Shown here: one piece after another, positions 41,306 to 53,156 of the stretch
How the letters are laid out: each line of letters begins with the position of its first letter
Position numbering within the stretch: the stretch's first letter is position 1
NCBI GenBank assembly: GCA_964454185.1
Contig: CAYVST010000003.1
Coordinates: 2,961 to 66,960, forward strand
Length of the DNA: 64,000 bases
Reading direction: 5' to 3'
Origin: an uncultured Alteromonas sp.
GTDB taxonomy: Bacteria; Pseudomonadota; Gammaproteobacteria; Enterobacterales; Alteromonadaceae
Position numbers and translations under genes: made by a program
The notes under the pieces: model-generated
Databases searched by the model: none
Seen by the model: the letters and a program-made list of their open reading frames with translations, nothing else
Told to the model about the DNA's origin: nothing

Positions 41306-41477
41306 AGGAATTGTTTTCCATGATGAGAGATGCCCTAATGCTAACTAATTAGGCAGGTTAATAAAATATCCTCTCTAAAATTAATTGTAATATTTAAGAG
41401 CAAGTATACCTTTGTGATATGGTTTTGCTCATATACGCTTATACTAATAAGTATTAATCATTGAGAAGGCAGCACTA

Positions 41478-42119
41478 TTGGCAATTGCTAATCTCCCAAA
41501 ACGCGAGCGCAGCGACCCGCACTCGGTCTACACCGCAGTCAAAAGGCTTGTACACACTCTTGTGGTTTGTGCAGTGATTGCGCTCATCGTTGCTCTATTG
41601 CTGCTGTTTAAAGAGTATCAAAACGATTGGCTTACTATGCAAACCCGTGCATCTGGAGAAAGTATTGCGAGGCAATACGCAAAGCTGCTTCTGTCATCTT
41701 CAAGCTCAGTAGACACAAAAGATGCCCGCCTAACCAGAGAAAATATCGAAAAGATTACCGACGTGCTTGCTCAAGAGCCTCACATTTTAGGCCTTTCTGT
41801 CTTCGACAAAGATGGACGATACCTTGCCCCCTTGCCTAAAATTGATAGCGTGGTTGCCATGCACCAAGCGGATAGCTTAACGCCACTGACATTTGTTGAG
41901 CCGATTATTCGCAGTGATGGCACACTACTGGGTTATGTCAATATTCACCTGAATACCGAAATAGTGCTAGAGAGCCCGCTCTCTTTGCGTTCCCAACTTG
42001 CTATTATTGCCGGTATATTGATATGCCTTGCGCTCTTAATGGGGATTTATATGACAAGAGGGTTTTACAAGTTCCGCCCATGGGTCATAGATAAAATTGA
42101 GACGAAGCGAATAAACTAA
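41478..42119 (+). CDS. AhpA/YtjB (Smp)-family membrane protein
   Basis: Two TM helices flanking a periplasmic domain; divergent from serB as in enterobacteria. Confidence 0.65.
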   Translation: MAIANLPKRERSDPHSVYTAVKRLVHTLVVCAVIALIVALLLLFKEYQNDWLTMQTRASGESIARQYAKLLLSSSSSVDTKDARLTRENIEKITDVLAQEPHILGLSVFDKDGRYLAPLPKIDSVVAMHQADSLTPLTFVEPIIRSDGTLLGYVNIHLNTEIVLESPLSLRSQLAIIAGILICLALLMGIYMTRGFYKFRPWVIDKIETKRIN

Positions 42120-42132
42120 GCGCGCAAAAATG

Positions 42133-42942
42133 CTAGCCCAAGAACAATCGATGATAGTTGTTATCTGTCGCATCTATCAACAATGCTTTGTCGGTCTCGC
42201 TAATTTGTGCAAGCACGTTGACAACGTCGAAGATGAACTGAGGTAAGTTAGTTTGCCCTTGACGCCCTAACATTGGCATATCGGGGGCATCCGTTTCAAA
42301 CAAAAGGGAGTCTAGATGGTGTTCAACCAAGTAGGCTACCGTCTCCCGAGTCTTTTGCGCGCGTGGGTACGTAATAGTTCCACCAATTCCCAAACAAAAA
42401 CCTCTTTCAATGTAGCGTTTAGCCACATCAATGCTTCCTGAAAATGCATGTACAACGCCACCGCATACCGCAGGCGTTTTTTTTAGCGCCTCAAACAATA
42501 AGTGATGGCTTTTTCGATGATGCAATATAATGGGTAAATTCACACTGTTCGCAATGGATAGCTGCGCCTGAAGTGCCCGCTGCTGCAGCGCCATTGGCAC
42601 GCTGATGTGGCTATCAAGTCCCGTTTCCCCAATAGCCTTAACTGAAAAGTGAAGTGCCGACACTGCTTGTTCCAGTGCATTAATGTGTTTATCAAGCAAT
42701 ACCGCCGGCGCTTCCAATACATCTTGTTCTATACCGAGAAAATAGGGATGTAGCCCAAGTGCAGTATCAATAGGTAGTGTATCTTTGTACACTTCACTGC
42801 ACCGTTGAAGCGTCGCCCACGACGCCACAGTGGTACCCGGCGCTAATAGGCGCGTAATGCCTGACTGTTTAGCCTCATCAATAACGCTGTTTAGCGATGC
42901 CAGTATTGGCGGCAAGTCTAGATGGCAATGACTATCGATCAT
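42133..42942 (-). CDS. TatD-family hydrolase (YjjV-like)
   Basis: DSHCH, GLHP, IGETGLD, HAFSG, ETDAP. Confidence 0.92.
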   Translation of the reverse strand: MIDSHCHLDLPPILASLNSVIDEAKQSGITRLLAPGTTVASWATLQRCSEVYKDTLPIDTALGLHPYFLGIEQDVLEAPAVLLDKHINALEQAVSALHFSVKAIGETGLDSHISVPMALQQRALQAQLSIANSVNLPIILHHRKSHHLLFEALKKTPAVCGGVVHAFSGSIDVAKRYIERGFCLGIGGTITYPRAQKTRETVAYLVEHHLDSLLFETDAPDMPMLGRQGQTNLPQFIFDVVNVLAQISETDKALLIDATDNNYHRLFLG

Positions 42943-42966
42943 AGTGTTTAACGCAATACGCAGTGT

Positions 42967-43605
42967 TTACGGCATAAGACGCTGAGTTGACCAAATCCCG
43001 TCATCACTTTTGTTATACTCAAAGCGGTCGTGAAGCCTGTCTTCCCCACCTTGCCAAAACTCAATCTGGTGCGGCACTATCCTAAAGCCACCCCAAAAAT
43101 CTGGGACTGGCAGTGCTTTATTCGCGAACTTATCTTTCAACTGCTTAAACTGAGTCAACAATAACTCGCGACTACCAATCGGTTTACTTTGCTTAGACGC
43201 ATAGGCTGCAAGCTGACTGTCTTTGGGGCGAGAAAAAAAGTAACTCGCATTCTCCGATACAGAGAGCTTCTCAACACTGCCACATACACGCACTTGCCTT
43301 TCCATGAAAAACCACGGGAAATGGCAGGACACTTTGGGGTTAGCCGAGAGCTCTTGCGCTTTGCGGCTACCAAGGTTAGTAAAGAACACAAACCCTTTTT
43401 CACTCACATCTTTTAATAGCACAATGCGTTGTGACGGCTGTCCTTGGGCATCAACGGTCGCAACCGTCATTGCGGTAGGATCAGGAATTCCCGCATCAAT
43501 GGCGTCTTTCAGCCATTTATCGAACAAAGAGAAAGGGTTGGTTGTAAGGTCAGACTCACTCAAAGTTCCCTTCGAGTATTGTCTGCGCATGTCTGAAATT
43601 GCCAT
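42967..43605 (-). CDS. pdxH: Pyridoxamine 5'-phosphate oxidase
   Basis: RIVLLK, SRKA, EFWQG..RLHDR. Confidence 0.97.
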   Translation of the reverse strand: MAISDMRRQYSKGTLSESDLTTNPFSLFDKWLKDAIDAGIPDPTAMTVATVDAQGQPSQRIVLLKDVSEKGFVFFTNLGSRKAQELSANPKVSCHFPWFFMERQVRVCGSVEKLSVSENASYFFSRPKDSQLAAYASKQSKPIGSRELLLTQFKQLKDKFANKALPVPDFWGGFRIVPHQIEFWQGGEDRLHDRFEYNKSDDGIWSTQRLMP

Positions 43606-43716
43606 ATCACGCTCCAGCGTTAAGCCGATTATAATTGTGTGAAATGATAACGAAAGAGAGGGATGCCAAGATCACACCTGGCATCAGAAGAACCAAACCT
43701 CGACAAAAAGGCTTGT

Positions 43717-44661
43717 TTAGAAATTGCTGTCGTCACCATAGCCAAGAGAGCGCAGTGCACGTTCATCGTCTGCCCACCCTTGCTTAACTTTAACCCACAA
43801 CTCCAAAAAAACTTTGTTGTCAAACAAGTTTTCCATATCTTTTCGCGCTTGCTCACCAATAGTTTTGAGGTGCTTTCCCCCTTTACCAATGATCATACGC
43901 TTTTGTGTTTCCCGCTCAACCAATATAAGGCCGCTAATACGATAGACACCATTGTCGGCCATTTTGAACTGTTCTATTTCAACTGTTGTTGAATAAGGCA
44001 ACTCATCGCCGGTAAATCGCATGAGCTTTTCACGAATGATTTCAGCGGCCATGAAACGGCTTGAACGGTCGGTAATATAATCCTCTGGGAAAAAGAATTC
44101 ACTGTGCGGCAGTGATGCAGCAACAAGCTCTCGAATTCCATCTATCATTTTGCCTTGCTTAGCGCTGATAGGAATAATATGTTCAAACGCGTGTTTCTCG
44201 CCAAGCTTCTGCAAGTGCACCATAAAGGCTTCCTTGTCTTCCACCTTGTCCATTTTATTCACAATAAGATAGCAAGGCAGGTTTGATTGCTTGACTTTGG
44301 TTAGCACCATTTCATCTTCGCTGTTAAATCGGTCACCTTCAACAACAAACAAAACTAAACCAACCTCTGCAAGTGAGCTCGATGCCGCACGATTCATATA
44401 GCGGTTTATCGCGCGTTTTTCATCTTGGTGAAGCCCGGGAGTATCAACATAAATAGCCTGATAATCGCCATCAGTATCGATGCCTAAAATACGATGACGC
44501 GTAGTTTGAGGTTTGCGCGAAGTAATGCTTACCTTCTGACCAAGCAAACGGTTGAGCAATGTAGATTTGCCCACGTTGGGACGACCCACAATAGCCACCA
44601 AACCACAGCGAGTTTGCACATCAGGCATATCGTTATGCCCTGCTTCGTTATGCGTTGTCAT
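43717..44661 (-). CDS. era: GTPase Era
   Basis: [19 protein letters not shown] domain. Confidence 0.98.
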   Translation of the reverse strand: MTTHNEAGHNDMPDVQTRCGLVAIVGRPNVGKSTLLNRLLGQKVSITSRKPQTTRHRILGIDTDGDYQAIYVDTPGLHQDEKRAINRYMNRAASSSLAEVGLVLFVVEGDRFNSEDEMVLTKVKQSNLPCYLIVNKMDKVEDKEAFMVHLQKLGEKHAFEHIIPISAKQGKMIDGIRELVAASLPHSEFFFPEDYITDRSSRFMAAEIIREKLMRFTGDELPYSTTVEIEQFKMADNGVYRISGLILVERETQKRMIIGKGGKHLKTIGEQARKDMENLFDNKVFLELWVKVKQGWADDERALRSLGYGDDSNF

Positions 44662-45334
44662 CTAGCTTCTCCAAGGTTAAACGTGCCGCTTCTTGTTCCG
44701 CTTTACGACGACTATTTCCTGATGCCAGTACGGCTTGTTCTAGGCTTTCCACCTTGCAACTCACTTCAAAGGTTTGAGCGTGATCTTTTCCAGAAATAGA
44801 TAACACTTCATAGGTAGGCAACGCCAGTCTGCGCCCTTGCAAAAACTCCTGAAGGCGTGTTTTGCTATCTTTGGGGTGGGCATTGGGATCGAGTTTAACA
44901 ATACGCGTTTCCCATAAGCGGTCGATTACACCGCGTACCTCATCCATTCCGGCATCTAAATAAATGGCGCCTAAAATAGCTTCCACGGCATCGGCCAATA
45001 TCGAACTTCTTCGATGGCCACCACTTTTTAACTCGCCTGGTCCTAAGTTTAACAATTCACCGACACTGGTCTCTTTTGCCAATTCGGCCAAGGTCTCACC
45101 CTTTACGAGGGTTGAACGCATTCGCGTTAATTTCCCCTCAGGAACACTGGGAAAACGTTTAAATAGGGTTTCACCAATGATCATACCTAAGATGGCGTCA
45201 CCTAAAAACTCTAAACGTTCGTTGTGCTGCTTCGCTGCACTCCTATGAGTAAGTGCTTGCTCTAACAATGCCTCATTACTAAAGGTATACCCTATCGCTT
45301 TATACAAACGACGATATTTATCAATTCCCTGCAT
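44648..45334 (-). CDS. rnc: Ribonuclease III
   Basis: NERLEFLGD, dsRBD. Confidence 0.98.
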   Translation of the reverse strand: MQGIDKYRRLYKAIGYTFSNEALLEQALTHRSAAKQHNERLEFLGDAILGMIIGETLFKRFPSVPEGKLTRMRSTLVKGETLAELAKETSVGELLNLGPGELKSGGHRRSSILADAVEAILGAIYLDAGMDEVRGVIDRLWETRIVKLDPNAHPKDSKTRLQEFLQGRRLALPTYEVLSISGKDHAQTFEVSCKVESLEQAVLASGNSRRKAEQEAARLTLEKLDDNA

Positions 45335-46236
45335 TAATGAATGCCACCTGCACGTTCAAAACGTACTCCACTTGGAACCCACGTCGGAAGGAAATCAGAA
45401 GGCTTGCGCTCAAATTCGAAAGAAATCCAAATAGCAACGGCCTTTCCAACTAAATTCTCATCAGGTACAAAGCCCCAGAATCGACTGTCGCGGCTGTTGT
45501 CTCTATTGTCTCCGAGCACAAAGTATTGTCCTTCTGGAATAATCCATTCATTACTTCTCGTACCCGGCTGCGTGTAAAAATTGGCTGGAGAAATGTCTCT
45601 CACAGGGTGACGTAGTATATCGTGCTTCACTGTTCCTAAATCTTCGGTGTAGCGCATAAGCTGTGCCATGTCCTGCACAAACTCGCCGCGTTCTTGAAAA
45701 TCAAGGGGTACAGCCTTTAGCTTGGCACAGTTCTTACCAGACTCACATTTTGGTTTTATATAGACCTGTTTGTTTTGGTAAACAATTGTATCGCCGGGTA
45801 AGCCAATAACACGTTTGATGTAATCCACCGATGTATCTTCTGGATATTTAAACACTACAACATCACCGCGCTCTGGTACGCCAGTCTCAATCAACTTGCT
45901 TCTGAAAACAGGATCTTTTACGCCGTAAGCATATTTTTCTACTAAAATAAAATCGCCTACTAATAGAGTAGGCATCATTGAGCCTGAAGGTATCTGAAAC
46001 GGCTCGTATAAAAATGAGCGCAGTACCAACACAAAGGCAATGACAGGAAAAATCTGTTGTGCCGTGTCGACCAAATAAGGAAGCTGCGGATCTTCTCCAT
46101 ATGCTGCGCCTTCTGCCGTAGCTGCAGCTTGCAAACGCGACTTGCGTTTTGGTGCAAATACGAGGCTGTCCACTAGCCAAATAAGCCCTGTAGCTACGGT
46201 GAGTGCCACCAATATCAGGGAGAAGTAATTCGCCAT
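45334..46236 (-). CDS. lepB: Signal peptidase I
   Basis: IPSGSMMPTL, YIKRVIGLPGD, GDNRDNSRDSR. Confidence 0.98.
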   Translation of the reverse strand: MANYFSLILVALTVATGLIWLVDSLVFAPKRKSRLQAAATAEGAAYGEDPQLPYLVDTAQQIFPVIAFVLVLRSFLYEPFQIPSGSMMPTLLVGDFILVEKYAYGVKDPVFRSKLIETGVPERGDVVVFKYPEDTSVDYIKRVIGLPGDTIVYQNKQVYIKPKCESGKNCAKLKAVPLDFQERGEFVQDMAQLMRYTEDLGTVKHDILRHPVRDISPANFYTQPGTRSNEWIIPEGQYFVLGDNRDNSRDSRFWGFVPDENLVGKAVAIWISFEFERKPSDFLPTWVPSGVRFERAGGIH

Positions 46237-48032
46237 TATTTACCTACCTTGAGTACTGCGAGGAATGCATCTTGAGGTAACTCTACATTACCTACCTGCT
46301 TCATTCGCTTTTTACCTTCTTTCTGCTTTTGAAGAAGCTTTTTCTTACGGCTCACGTCACCACCGTAACACTTTGCAATTACGTTTTTACGTAGCTGCTT
46401 TACCGTGCTTCTTGCTACTATGTGGTTACCAATTGCCGCCTGAATCGCAATATCAAACATCTGACGAGGAATAAGCTCACGAAGTTTTTCTACCAGTTCG
46501 CGACCACGTCCTTGCGAGTTTTCACGGTGCGTAATCACAGCAAGCGCATCAACGCGCTCACCATTGATAAGAATATCCACTCTCACCATATCAGAAGACT
46601 GGAAGCGCTTGAAATTATAGTCAAGCGAAGCAAACCCGCGGCTTGTTGATTTCAGTCTATCAAAGAAATCAAGCACAACTTCTGCCATTGGAAGTTCGTA
46701 AGTTACTGCCACCTGTTTGCCGTGATACGTCATATTTGTTTGCATGCCGCGTTTTTCGACACACAGAGTAATCACATTACCCAAGTACTCTTGAGGTACA
46801 AGAATATTAGCTTCTACCATAGGCTCGCGTATCTCTGCGATATCATTCACTGGTGGAAGTTTAGCTGGACTATCAACGGTTAATATCTCGCCTTTAGTCG
46901 TCTCTACCTCATAAATTACCGTTGGCGCCGTTGTGATAAGACCAAGATCGTACTCACGTTCTAAACGCTCTTGAATAATCTCCATGTGAAGCATGCCAAG
47001 GAAACCGATACGGAATCCAAAACCAAGCGCCGCAGAGCTCTCTGGCTCATAGAATAACGAAGCATCGTTCAAACTTAGCTTCGCCAACGCGTCTCGGAAG
47101 TCTTCATAGTCATCAGAACTAATTGGGAAAATACCCGCGTAAACCTGCGGCTTTACTTTCTTAAAGCCTGGTAACATTTCACTAGCAGGTTCGCGTGCCA
47201 ACGTTATGGTGTCACCCACAGGCGCACCTTGGATATCTTTAATACCGGCAATAATAAAACCAACTTCACCCGCACGAAGCACACCTGTATCTAGTGGTTT
47301 AGGCGTAAACACTCCTATCTTATCCACTTGGTGAGTCTGTCCGTTAGACATAATTTGAATCTTGTCTTTCTTAGACAACTGGCCTTCAACAATACGTACT
47401 AGCGAAACAACGCCTTGGTAATTATCAAACCATGAATCAATTATTAGTGCTTTTAGTGGCGCTTCTCTATCGCCTTGTGGGGCTGGAATTTGGTTTACAA
47501 TGACTTCCAGTACATCCTCAATACCGATACCTGTCTTTGCTGAACAGCGCACAGCGTCTAGCGCATCAATACCCACAATGTCTTCAATTTCTTCTGCTAC
47601 GCGGTCTGGTTCGGCTTGTGGCAGGTCAATTTTGTTAAGAACCGGAACCACTTCCATATCCATTTCTATTGCTGTGTAGCAGTTTGCAAGCGTTTGTGCC
47701 TCAACACCTTGACCTGCATCTACAACCAGCAGCGCACCTTCGCACGCCGCAAGAGACCGTGACACTTCATAAGTGAAATCTACGTGCCCTGGCGTATCGA
47801 TAAAGTTAAGTTGGTATGTCTCTCCATCTCGCGCTTGATAGTTTAGCGTTACACTTTGCGCTTTGATGGTAATACCACGCTCTTTTTCAAGGTCCATCGA
47901 ATCGAGCACCTGCTCAGCCATTTCGCGGTCGGAAAGCCCTCCACAATGCTGAATTAGACGGTCTGAAAGCGTAGACTTACCGTGATCAATGTGAGCGATG
48001 ATACTGAAATTACGAATGTGCGACTGTTGCAT
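46236..48032 (-). CDS. lepA: Elongation factor 4 LepA
   Basis: [23 protein letters not shown]. Confidence 0.98.
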   Translation of the reverse strand: MQQSHIRNFSIIAHIDHGKSTLSDRLIQHCGGLSDREMAEQVLDSMDLEKERGITIKAQSVTLNYQARDGETYQLNFIDTPGHVDFTYEVSRSLAACEGALLVVDAGQGVEAQTLANCYTAIEMDMEVVPVLNKIDLPQAEPDRVAEEIEDIVGIDALDAVRCSAKTGIGIEDVLEVIVNQIPAPQGDREAPLKALIIDSWFDNYQGVVSLVRIVEGQLSKKDKIQIMSNGQTHQVDKIGVFTPKPLDTGVLRAGEVGFIIAGIKDIQGAPVGDTITLAREPASEMLPGFKKVKPQVYAGIFPISSDDYEDFRDALAKLSLNDASLFYEPESSAALGFGFRIGFLGMLHMEIIQERLEREYDLGLITTAPTVIYEVETTKGEILTVDSPAKLPPVNDIAEIREPMVEANILVPQEYLGNVITLCVEKRGMQTNMTYHGKQVAVTYELPMAEVVLDFFDRLKSTSRGFASLDYNFKRFQSSDMVRVDILINGERVDALAVITHRENSQGRGRELVEKLRELIPRQMFDIAIQAAIGNHIVARSTVKQLRKNVIAKCYGGDVSRKKKLLQKQKEGKKRMKQVGNVELPQDAFLAVLKVGK

Positions 48033-48252
48033 AGTGCTGGAAATTACCTGCAGAAAAATTCATTAAACAAAAGAAAGCTACGACTTATACGTAGCGCGTG
48101 CGGATTTTACCCATTTCTTGTGCGAAAAGCGAATTAGCGTGATGTAATTTTAGGGATTATTGCAGAGGGTGTAACCACTGACGTACGATATACTGGTTGT
48201 GCGTGAAGTTTCTGAAAGCGCGAAACGTAATTGAATAAAGTTTTTTAGCGCG

Positions 48253-48699
48253 CTATTTTCCGACATTTTCGAGTAATACAGGTTGATATTTAACGCTTTC
48301 GCTGTGATGTAGCTTTCGTGCAATTGCTTTGTACGTAAAGAACGTTATTGCACTGCTTGGGATCATTGCCCATAGTTCTTGGGTAAAGCCAATTGATGTC
48401 AGTCCAAGTGAAGCAAGCACAAACGATAAAATGAACGTTACAATCGGTATCAAATACAACCACGCTGAGGCGCTCAAAATCCCCGCCTCAGGAATGCCGA
48501 CAGTAACCTCTTGGCCAAGCTTAACCGGCATTGGAGAATACAACGTGAGCTGTTGCGTTTTGGGTGCAAGGGCACGCGAAACTAAGCCGGTACCGCAGTC
48601 ACTTTGAGCTTGGCAACTATTGCACGTTGACTTTATTGCCGCTTCAACCGTTATACTATCCCCGTCAACCGCCACCACGGTAGCTTTTTCTCTAATCAT
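48253..48699 (-). CDS. rseC: RseC
   Basis: CxxCxxxxxCG motif, two TM helices, last gene of the rse operon. Confidence 0.92.
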   Translation of the reverse strand: MIREKATVVAVDGDSITVEAAIKSTCNSCQAQSDCGTGLVSRALAPKTQQLTLYSPMPVKLGQEVTVGIPEAGILSASAWLYLIPIVTFILSFVLASLGLTSIGFTQELWAMIPSSAITFFTYKAIARKLHHSESVKYQPVLLENVGK

Positions 48700-48730
48700 G
48701 CTTTACTGCTCATCACTGGACGTTTTATGT

Positions 48731-49771
48731 TTAGTCTACTGTCTTCGGGCCAAGCGAAGTAGCAATAGCTTTAGCCGTTTGCAGCGGAATCTCACCTACG
48801 ACGGTAACCTGCGCCTTGCCGTCAGTGAGGGTTAAGAACGTACTAAGCTCATTGCGAAGCGCTAGGTCACCACCAATGGCATCTTCAGCGGGCTGAACAT
48901 AAACAGACACATCCACCAATCCGTCAGATAGCAGTTTATATTCAACAACCTGGCCTGTTAAGGCAAGGCGACGGGTCTCTTGCTTTATTTCACGCATCCC
49001 AAGAGGCAAATAGCCGATATCCCAATTATGCTCTCGCGCTTGCCTAGGCCTAATTGCCATTGGTTTAGGCAGTGAATTGGGGTTGATTCTTGAAAAATAC
49101 TCGGAAGGCTCAGGGTTAATGGTGTATGCGGTAACCTGAATCTGTTCAAGAAGCGTGCCTTGTAAATCGAGCATATTCAGTTTAAGCAACATTCCAGTGT
49201 CTTCATCTAGCCACAACTGATAACTAAAGCGAGAGTTATCTCGGCTCACAATGCGGATTTGCTGTGCCGGCCGGCCGGCAACGCGCGCTCTGCCCACTGC
49301 AACAAACTCATACGCATTTGACAGTTGCTCTGGGTGATAAACCAATATGCTAGGAATAGGCCCATTTACATGGTTAGAGTGCAAACTATAAGGTTGTACG
49401 TCAGGTTCAAAAACACTGACAACATCATTCACTCGAATAAGCTCTCTGCCTGGTCCATTTTGCAAACTGAGCTGCTCTACTTCGGTTCCGTCCTCAAGGA
49501 CACCATGACGCCATAGATACGGCACGGTTTCTTTTCCTGCAACACTCTGCACAAAGGTTACCTGAAAATTAGCACTCGTTGCGAGCGTCTTTAACTTGGA
49601 TAGCCATTGCGACGTAGTTGGAGAAACTCGTTTTGCGGTCCCTAAGCCCTCACTCGCCGTATCGGTGGCCTGTTCAGTCTCGGTCGAGACATCACCAGCT
49701 GACTGCGCATGAACGCTACCGATAAACGCACATGATAAAAATAAAAAAAAGAAGAGAGTACTACGACGCAT
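48731..49771 (-). CDS. rseB: Periplasmic sigmaE regulator RseB/MucB
   Basis: Signal peptide, RVAGR, WLDEDTGMLLK, SDGLVDVSVY, VVGEIP; start probably 49771. Confidence 0.93.
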   Translation of the reverse strand: MRRSTLFFFLFLSCAFIGSVHAQSAGDVSTETEQATDTASEGLGTAKRVSPTTSQWLSKLKTLATSANFQVTFVQSVAGKETVPYLWRHGVLEDGTEVEQLSLQNGPGRELIRVNDVVSVFEPDVQPYSLHSNHVNGPIPSILVYHPEQLSNAYEFVAVGRARVAGRPAQQIRIVSRDNSRFSYQLWLDEDTGMLLKLNMLDLQGTLLEQIQVTAYTINPEPSEYFSRINPNSLPKPMAIRPRQAREHNWDIGYLPLGMREIKQETRRLALTGQVVEYKLLSDGLVDVSVYVQPAEDAIGGDLALRNELSTFLTLTDGKAQVTVVGEIPLQTAKAIATSLGPKTVD

Positions 49772-49792
49772 TTTCCCTGCCCTAGAAACAAA

Positions 49793-49817
49793 CAAACCAG
49801 CAGTAAATGCTGGTTTG
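49793..49817 (-). terminator. Internal hairpin/terminator between rseA and rseB
   Basis: CAAACCAGCA-N5-TGCTGGTTTG followed by TTTGTTT on the minus strand. Confidence 0.55.
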
Positions 49818-49911
49818 CACTAAAAATTGAACTGCGTCTTCTTATTATGGCACAAGAAGAGTCAGTTGTTGATACGCGTATGCAACGAACTATCGATGCT
49901 TGAAGACGTTC

Positions 49912-50502
49912 CTATTCAGGTTGCTTAGATGCGTCTTCTTCATTGTTGGCATCGCTACCTGCTTCCTGCGCCTGCTTTAATCTAATCTGTTGTTCGTGAT
50001 CTGCGATTAGCGCGTTGATCTTGCGTTTTGTCTCTAACACTTCGTTCATATCGTTGCGTGGCAACGAACGTGTTTGGTCAAAACTAACCGGAGCCAAACC
50101 ACCTTGAGGTCGCGCCGTTGAGAATGTTTCAAACGGTTCGGTTGGTACAGGTTGGTTGAACTGCTGAACACCCACTATGACTGCTAACGCTACCGACGCA
50201 GCCACGGCGAACTGGCCAGATTGCTTAGCAAACGGTATAACGCTGCCAAGTGCCGGAATTGAACGCCATCGAGACGGCTTTGGTGCCACAATCGCAGGTT
50301 CGCTTTCCAAGGCAGCTGCAACACTCGCCGTTATATCTAACTGAGGAGCGACACTTGCTTCTTTTCTCATTGCACCGCGAATCACGTGATATCGTTGCCA
50401 TTTGGCTTGAAGCGCCTCATCGTGCTTTATTGCATCGATGATTTCATTGCCTTCTAACTCACCATCCATGAATGCGGACAATTTTTCTTGCTGTTGCGTC
50501 AT
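49912..50502 (-). CDS. rseA: Anti-sigmaE factor RseA
   Basis: EKLSAFMDGE, WQRYHVI, AVAASV TM segment. Confidence 0.95.
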   Translation of the reverse strand: MTQQQEKLSAFMDGELEGNEIIDAIKHDEALQAKWQRYHVIRGAMRKEASVAPQLDITASVAAALESEPAIVAPKPSRWRSIPALGSVIPFAKQSGQFAVAASVALAVIVGVQQFNQPVPTEPFETFSTARPQGGLAPVSFDQTRSLPRNDMNEVLETKRKINALIADHEQQIRLKQAQEAGSDANNEEDASKQPE

Positions 50503-50550
50503 AAACTCATTTCCAGATCAATTTGATCGATTACTACCCTAACACAGCTG

Positions 50551-50577
50551 TTAGTCATCTACGAAAAAAGAAAGTTC
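50551..50577 (-). promoter_or_regulatory. sigmaE promoter upstream of rseA (rseAP3-like)
   Basis: Minus strand GAACTT-N16-ACTAA. Confidence 0.65.
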
Positions 50578-50600
50578 ATCTTTTTTTTAATTTATTTTGA

Positions 50601-51179
50601 TTAGTTTTCCAGCAGCGGCTGAATCACTTTGTCAATCGCTTCTCGAGCCCTGAATATACGAGACCGAACGGTGCCAACAGGACACGCCATTACTGTCGCA
50701 ATTTCTTCATAACTCAAACCTTCAATTTCACGAAGCGTAATTGCCATACGTAAATCATCAGGTAGCTTTTCAACAACTTTAAATAAGGTTTCTTCTATTT
50801 CTTCTGATAAAAGGCTTCTCTCAGGTGTTGACTGTTCTTTCAATGCATCGCTTCCCTCGTAGTAGTCTGCTTCGTCAGCATCTACATCACTCGAAGGTGG
50901 CTTACGCCCCTGCGAAACAAGATAATTCTTCGCACTATTCACCGCAATGCGATAAAGCCACGTATAGAAGGCACTGTCGCCCCGAAAGTTCGGTAACGCA
51001 CGATACGCTTTAATAAACGCTTCTTGCGTCACATCTGCCACATCACCCGTGTTTTTTACGTATCGAGAAACCAAATGCATTACTTTGTGTTGATAACGGG
51101 TTACCAACAAGTTGAATGCGTTTTTATCACCACGTTGTACTTTTTCGACCAATTGTTGATCGGTTATCTGCTCGCTCAT
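50601..51179 (-). CDS. rpoE: Envelope stress sigma factor RpoE
   Basis: MSEQITDQQLVE, FYTWLYRIA, CPVGTVRSRIFRAR. Confidence 0.98.
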   Translation of the reverse strand: MSEQITDQQLVEKVQRGDKNAFNLLVTRYQHKVMHLVSRYVKNTGDVADVTQEAFIKAYRALPNFRGDSAFYTWLYRIAVNSAKNYLVSQGRKPPSSDVDADEADYYEGSDALKEQSTPERSLLSEEIEETLFKVVEKLPDDLRMAITLREIEGLSYEEIATVMACPVGTVRSRIFRAREAIDKVIQPLLEN

Positions 51180-51231
51180 TCGAGCCGTTACTCCCTACTT
51201 CAACTACACTTCAGCTCTCATAAGCTTGAAT

Positions 51232-51258
51232 GTAGACGCGTTCTTTTTCCAAAAGTTC
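51232..51258 (-). promoter_or_regulatory. Autoregulatory sigmaE promoter of rpoE
   Basis: Minus strand GAACTT-N16-TCTAC. Confidence 0.75.
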
Positions 51259-51376
51259 TGTTTTTGCATTAAATATTTTAAAAAATGCGCATATCGGCAC
51301 CTTACAAACATTGTGTTTTGCCGCTCATCCTTTAGACTTGCCGAACCTTTGCTCGTTTGAATTAATATAAAAATAC

Positions 51377-53071
51377 ATGAAATCGGTATCGTCTTCACTA
51401 ACTTCCACATCAAATGCAATTGAACATCGTTGTGATGTTTTGATTATAGGGAGTGGCGCAGCAGGTCTGAGTTTAGCATTAAAGCTAGCAGACCACTGCC
51501 AAGTTATTGTCTTGAGCAAGAGCGACAGAAACGAAGGTTCGACACGCTATGCACAGGGCGGTATCGCCGCGGTGTTCGACGAACAAGATTCTATAGACGC
51601 ACATGTCAAAGATACGCTGAAAGCTGGCGGTGGTCTATGTGAAGAGCCAGCGGTACGATTTACCGCTGAACGTGCAAAGTCAGCCCTAGAATGGCTTATT
51701 GGTTACGGTGTTCCGTTCGACACAGAAAAAAGTGAAACAGGCGAAGAACGTTTTCACCTCACTCGAGAAGGCGGACACAGCCATAGACGTATTTTACATG
51801 CCGCAGATGCAACGGGCGAAGCGCTGCAAATTACATTAAACGACGCCGTATCAACACACCCTAACATTCATATTTTCGAACGTTACAATGCCATCGACCT
51901 TATCCCCTCGAAGTCACAGAAAAATCACTGTGTAGGGGCTTATGTTTGGAATAGGCAGCAAGAACATGTCGAAGTGATACGCGCTCCTTTTATCGCGTTA
52001 GCAACGGGCGGTGGAAGTAAGGTCTATCAATACACCTCCAATCCTGATGTATCGAGCGGAGATGGGATAGCCATGGCATGGCGAGCTGGATGCCGCGTAG
52101 CGAATATGGAATTTAACCAATTTCATCCAACCTGTTTGTTCCACCCTCAGGCCCGCAACTTTCTCATAACAGAGGCATTGCGTGGCGAGGGCGCCAATTT
52201 GTGTCATGCAGACGGCACGCGTTTTATGCACAAATTCGACGAGCGCGGCGATTTAGCGCCTCGCGATGTGGTGGCTCGCGCTATCGATTATGAAATGAAA
52301 CGCCTGGGTGCAGACTGTATGTACCTCGATATAAGCCACAAGCCGGCAGATTTTATTGTTAAACACTTTCCAAATATCTATCGAAAATGTCGCTCTTTGG
52401 GCATTGATATTACTCGAGAGCCCATTCCTGTGGTGCCTGCGGCCCATTACAGTTGCGGTGGCGTAATTACTGATTTTAACGCGAAAACGGACCTAGAGAA
52501 TGTGTATGCTATCGGAGAGGTCGCTTATACAGGCCTTCATGGTGCTAACCGCATGGCATCGAATTCGTTGCTGGAGTGCATCGTTTTTGCAACCGCTGCG
52601 GCCGAGGATATCATTGGCAAACTACCAACGGCAGATTGCCAAGAGTCGATAGCACCGTGGGATGAGAGTCAGGTGTCAGATTCCGATGAAGAAGTCATTA
52701 TTCAACATAATTGGCATGAACTGCGTTTGTTCATGTGGGATTATGTTGGGATAGTACGCACCGACAAGCGCTTAGAACGCGCTATGCGACGCATTAAATT
52801 GCTAGAACAAGAAATTGCAGAATACTACGCCCACTTCCGAGTGAGTAATAATCTTTTAGAATTGAGAAACCTTGTCACCGTTGCCGAACTCATTGTTCGC
52901 TGTGCTATGGAGAGAAAAGAAAGTCGAGGGTTACATTTTAATATTGACCACCCCAGCCAAGTTGATAACCCTGAGCCAACGGTACTTATACCCAAAAGAC
53001 AGCTTTCAGGTGCAGATGTCGGTTCGCTGATTACAGAGGCGAGTTTTACCGATGTCGAGACACAACAATAG
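51377..53071 (+). CDS. nadB: L-aspartate oxidase
   Basis: [31 protein letters not shown]. Confidence 0.97.
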   Translation: MKSVSSSLTSTSNAIEHRCDVLIIGSGAAGLSLALKLADHCQVIVLSKSDRNEGSTRYAQGGIAAVFDEQDSIDAHVKDTLKAGGGLCEEPAVRFTAERAKSALEWLIGYGVPFDTEKSETGEERFHLTREGGHSHRRILHAADATGEALQITLNDAVSTHPNIHIFERYNAIDLIPSKSQKNHCVGAYVWNRQQEHVEVIRAPFIALATGGGSKVYQYTSNPDVSSGDGIAMAWRAGCRVANMEFNQFHPTCLFHPQARNFLITEALRGEGANLCHADGTRFMHKFDERGDLAPRDVVARAIDYEMKRLGADCMYLDISHKPADFIVKHFPNIYRKCRSLGIDITREPIPVVPAAHYSCGGVITDFNAKTDLENVYAIGEVAYTGLHGANRMASNSLLECIVFATAAAEDIIGKLPTADCQESIAPWDESQVSDSDEEVIIQHNWHELRLFMWDYVGIVRTDKRLERAMRRIKLLEQEIAEYYAHFRVSNNLLELRNLVTVAELIVRCAMERKESRGLHFNIDHPSQVDNPEPTVLIPKRQLSGADVGSLITEASFTDVETQQ

Positions 53072-53156
53072 CATCGTTATGATAAAAGTTTGAACGCGAC
53101 TGGCTTGACCATTTTTTAATGCTCAATGTGCTCGGCGCGTCAAACGCTTGGCAACA

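Noticed and set aside
51204-51419. Possible rseD-like leader ORF before rpoE
   Set aside because: It stops about 24 bp before the rpoE start without coupling, spans the sigmaE promoter and overlaps nadB.
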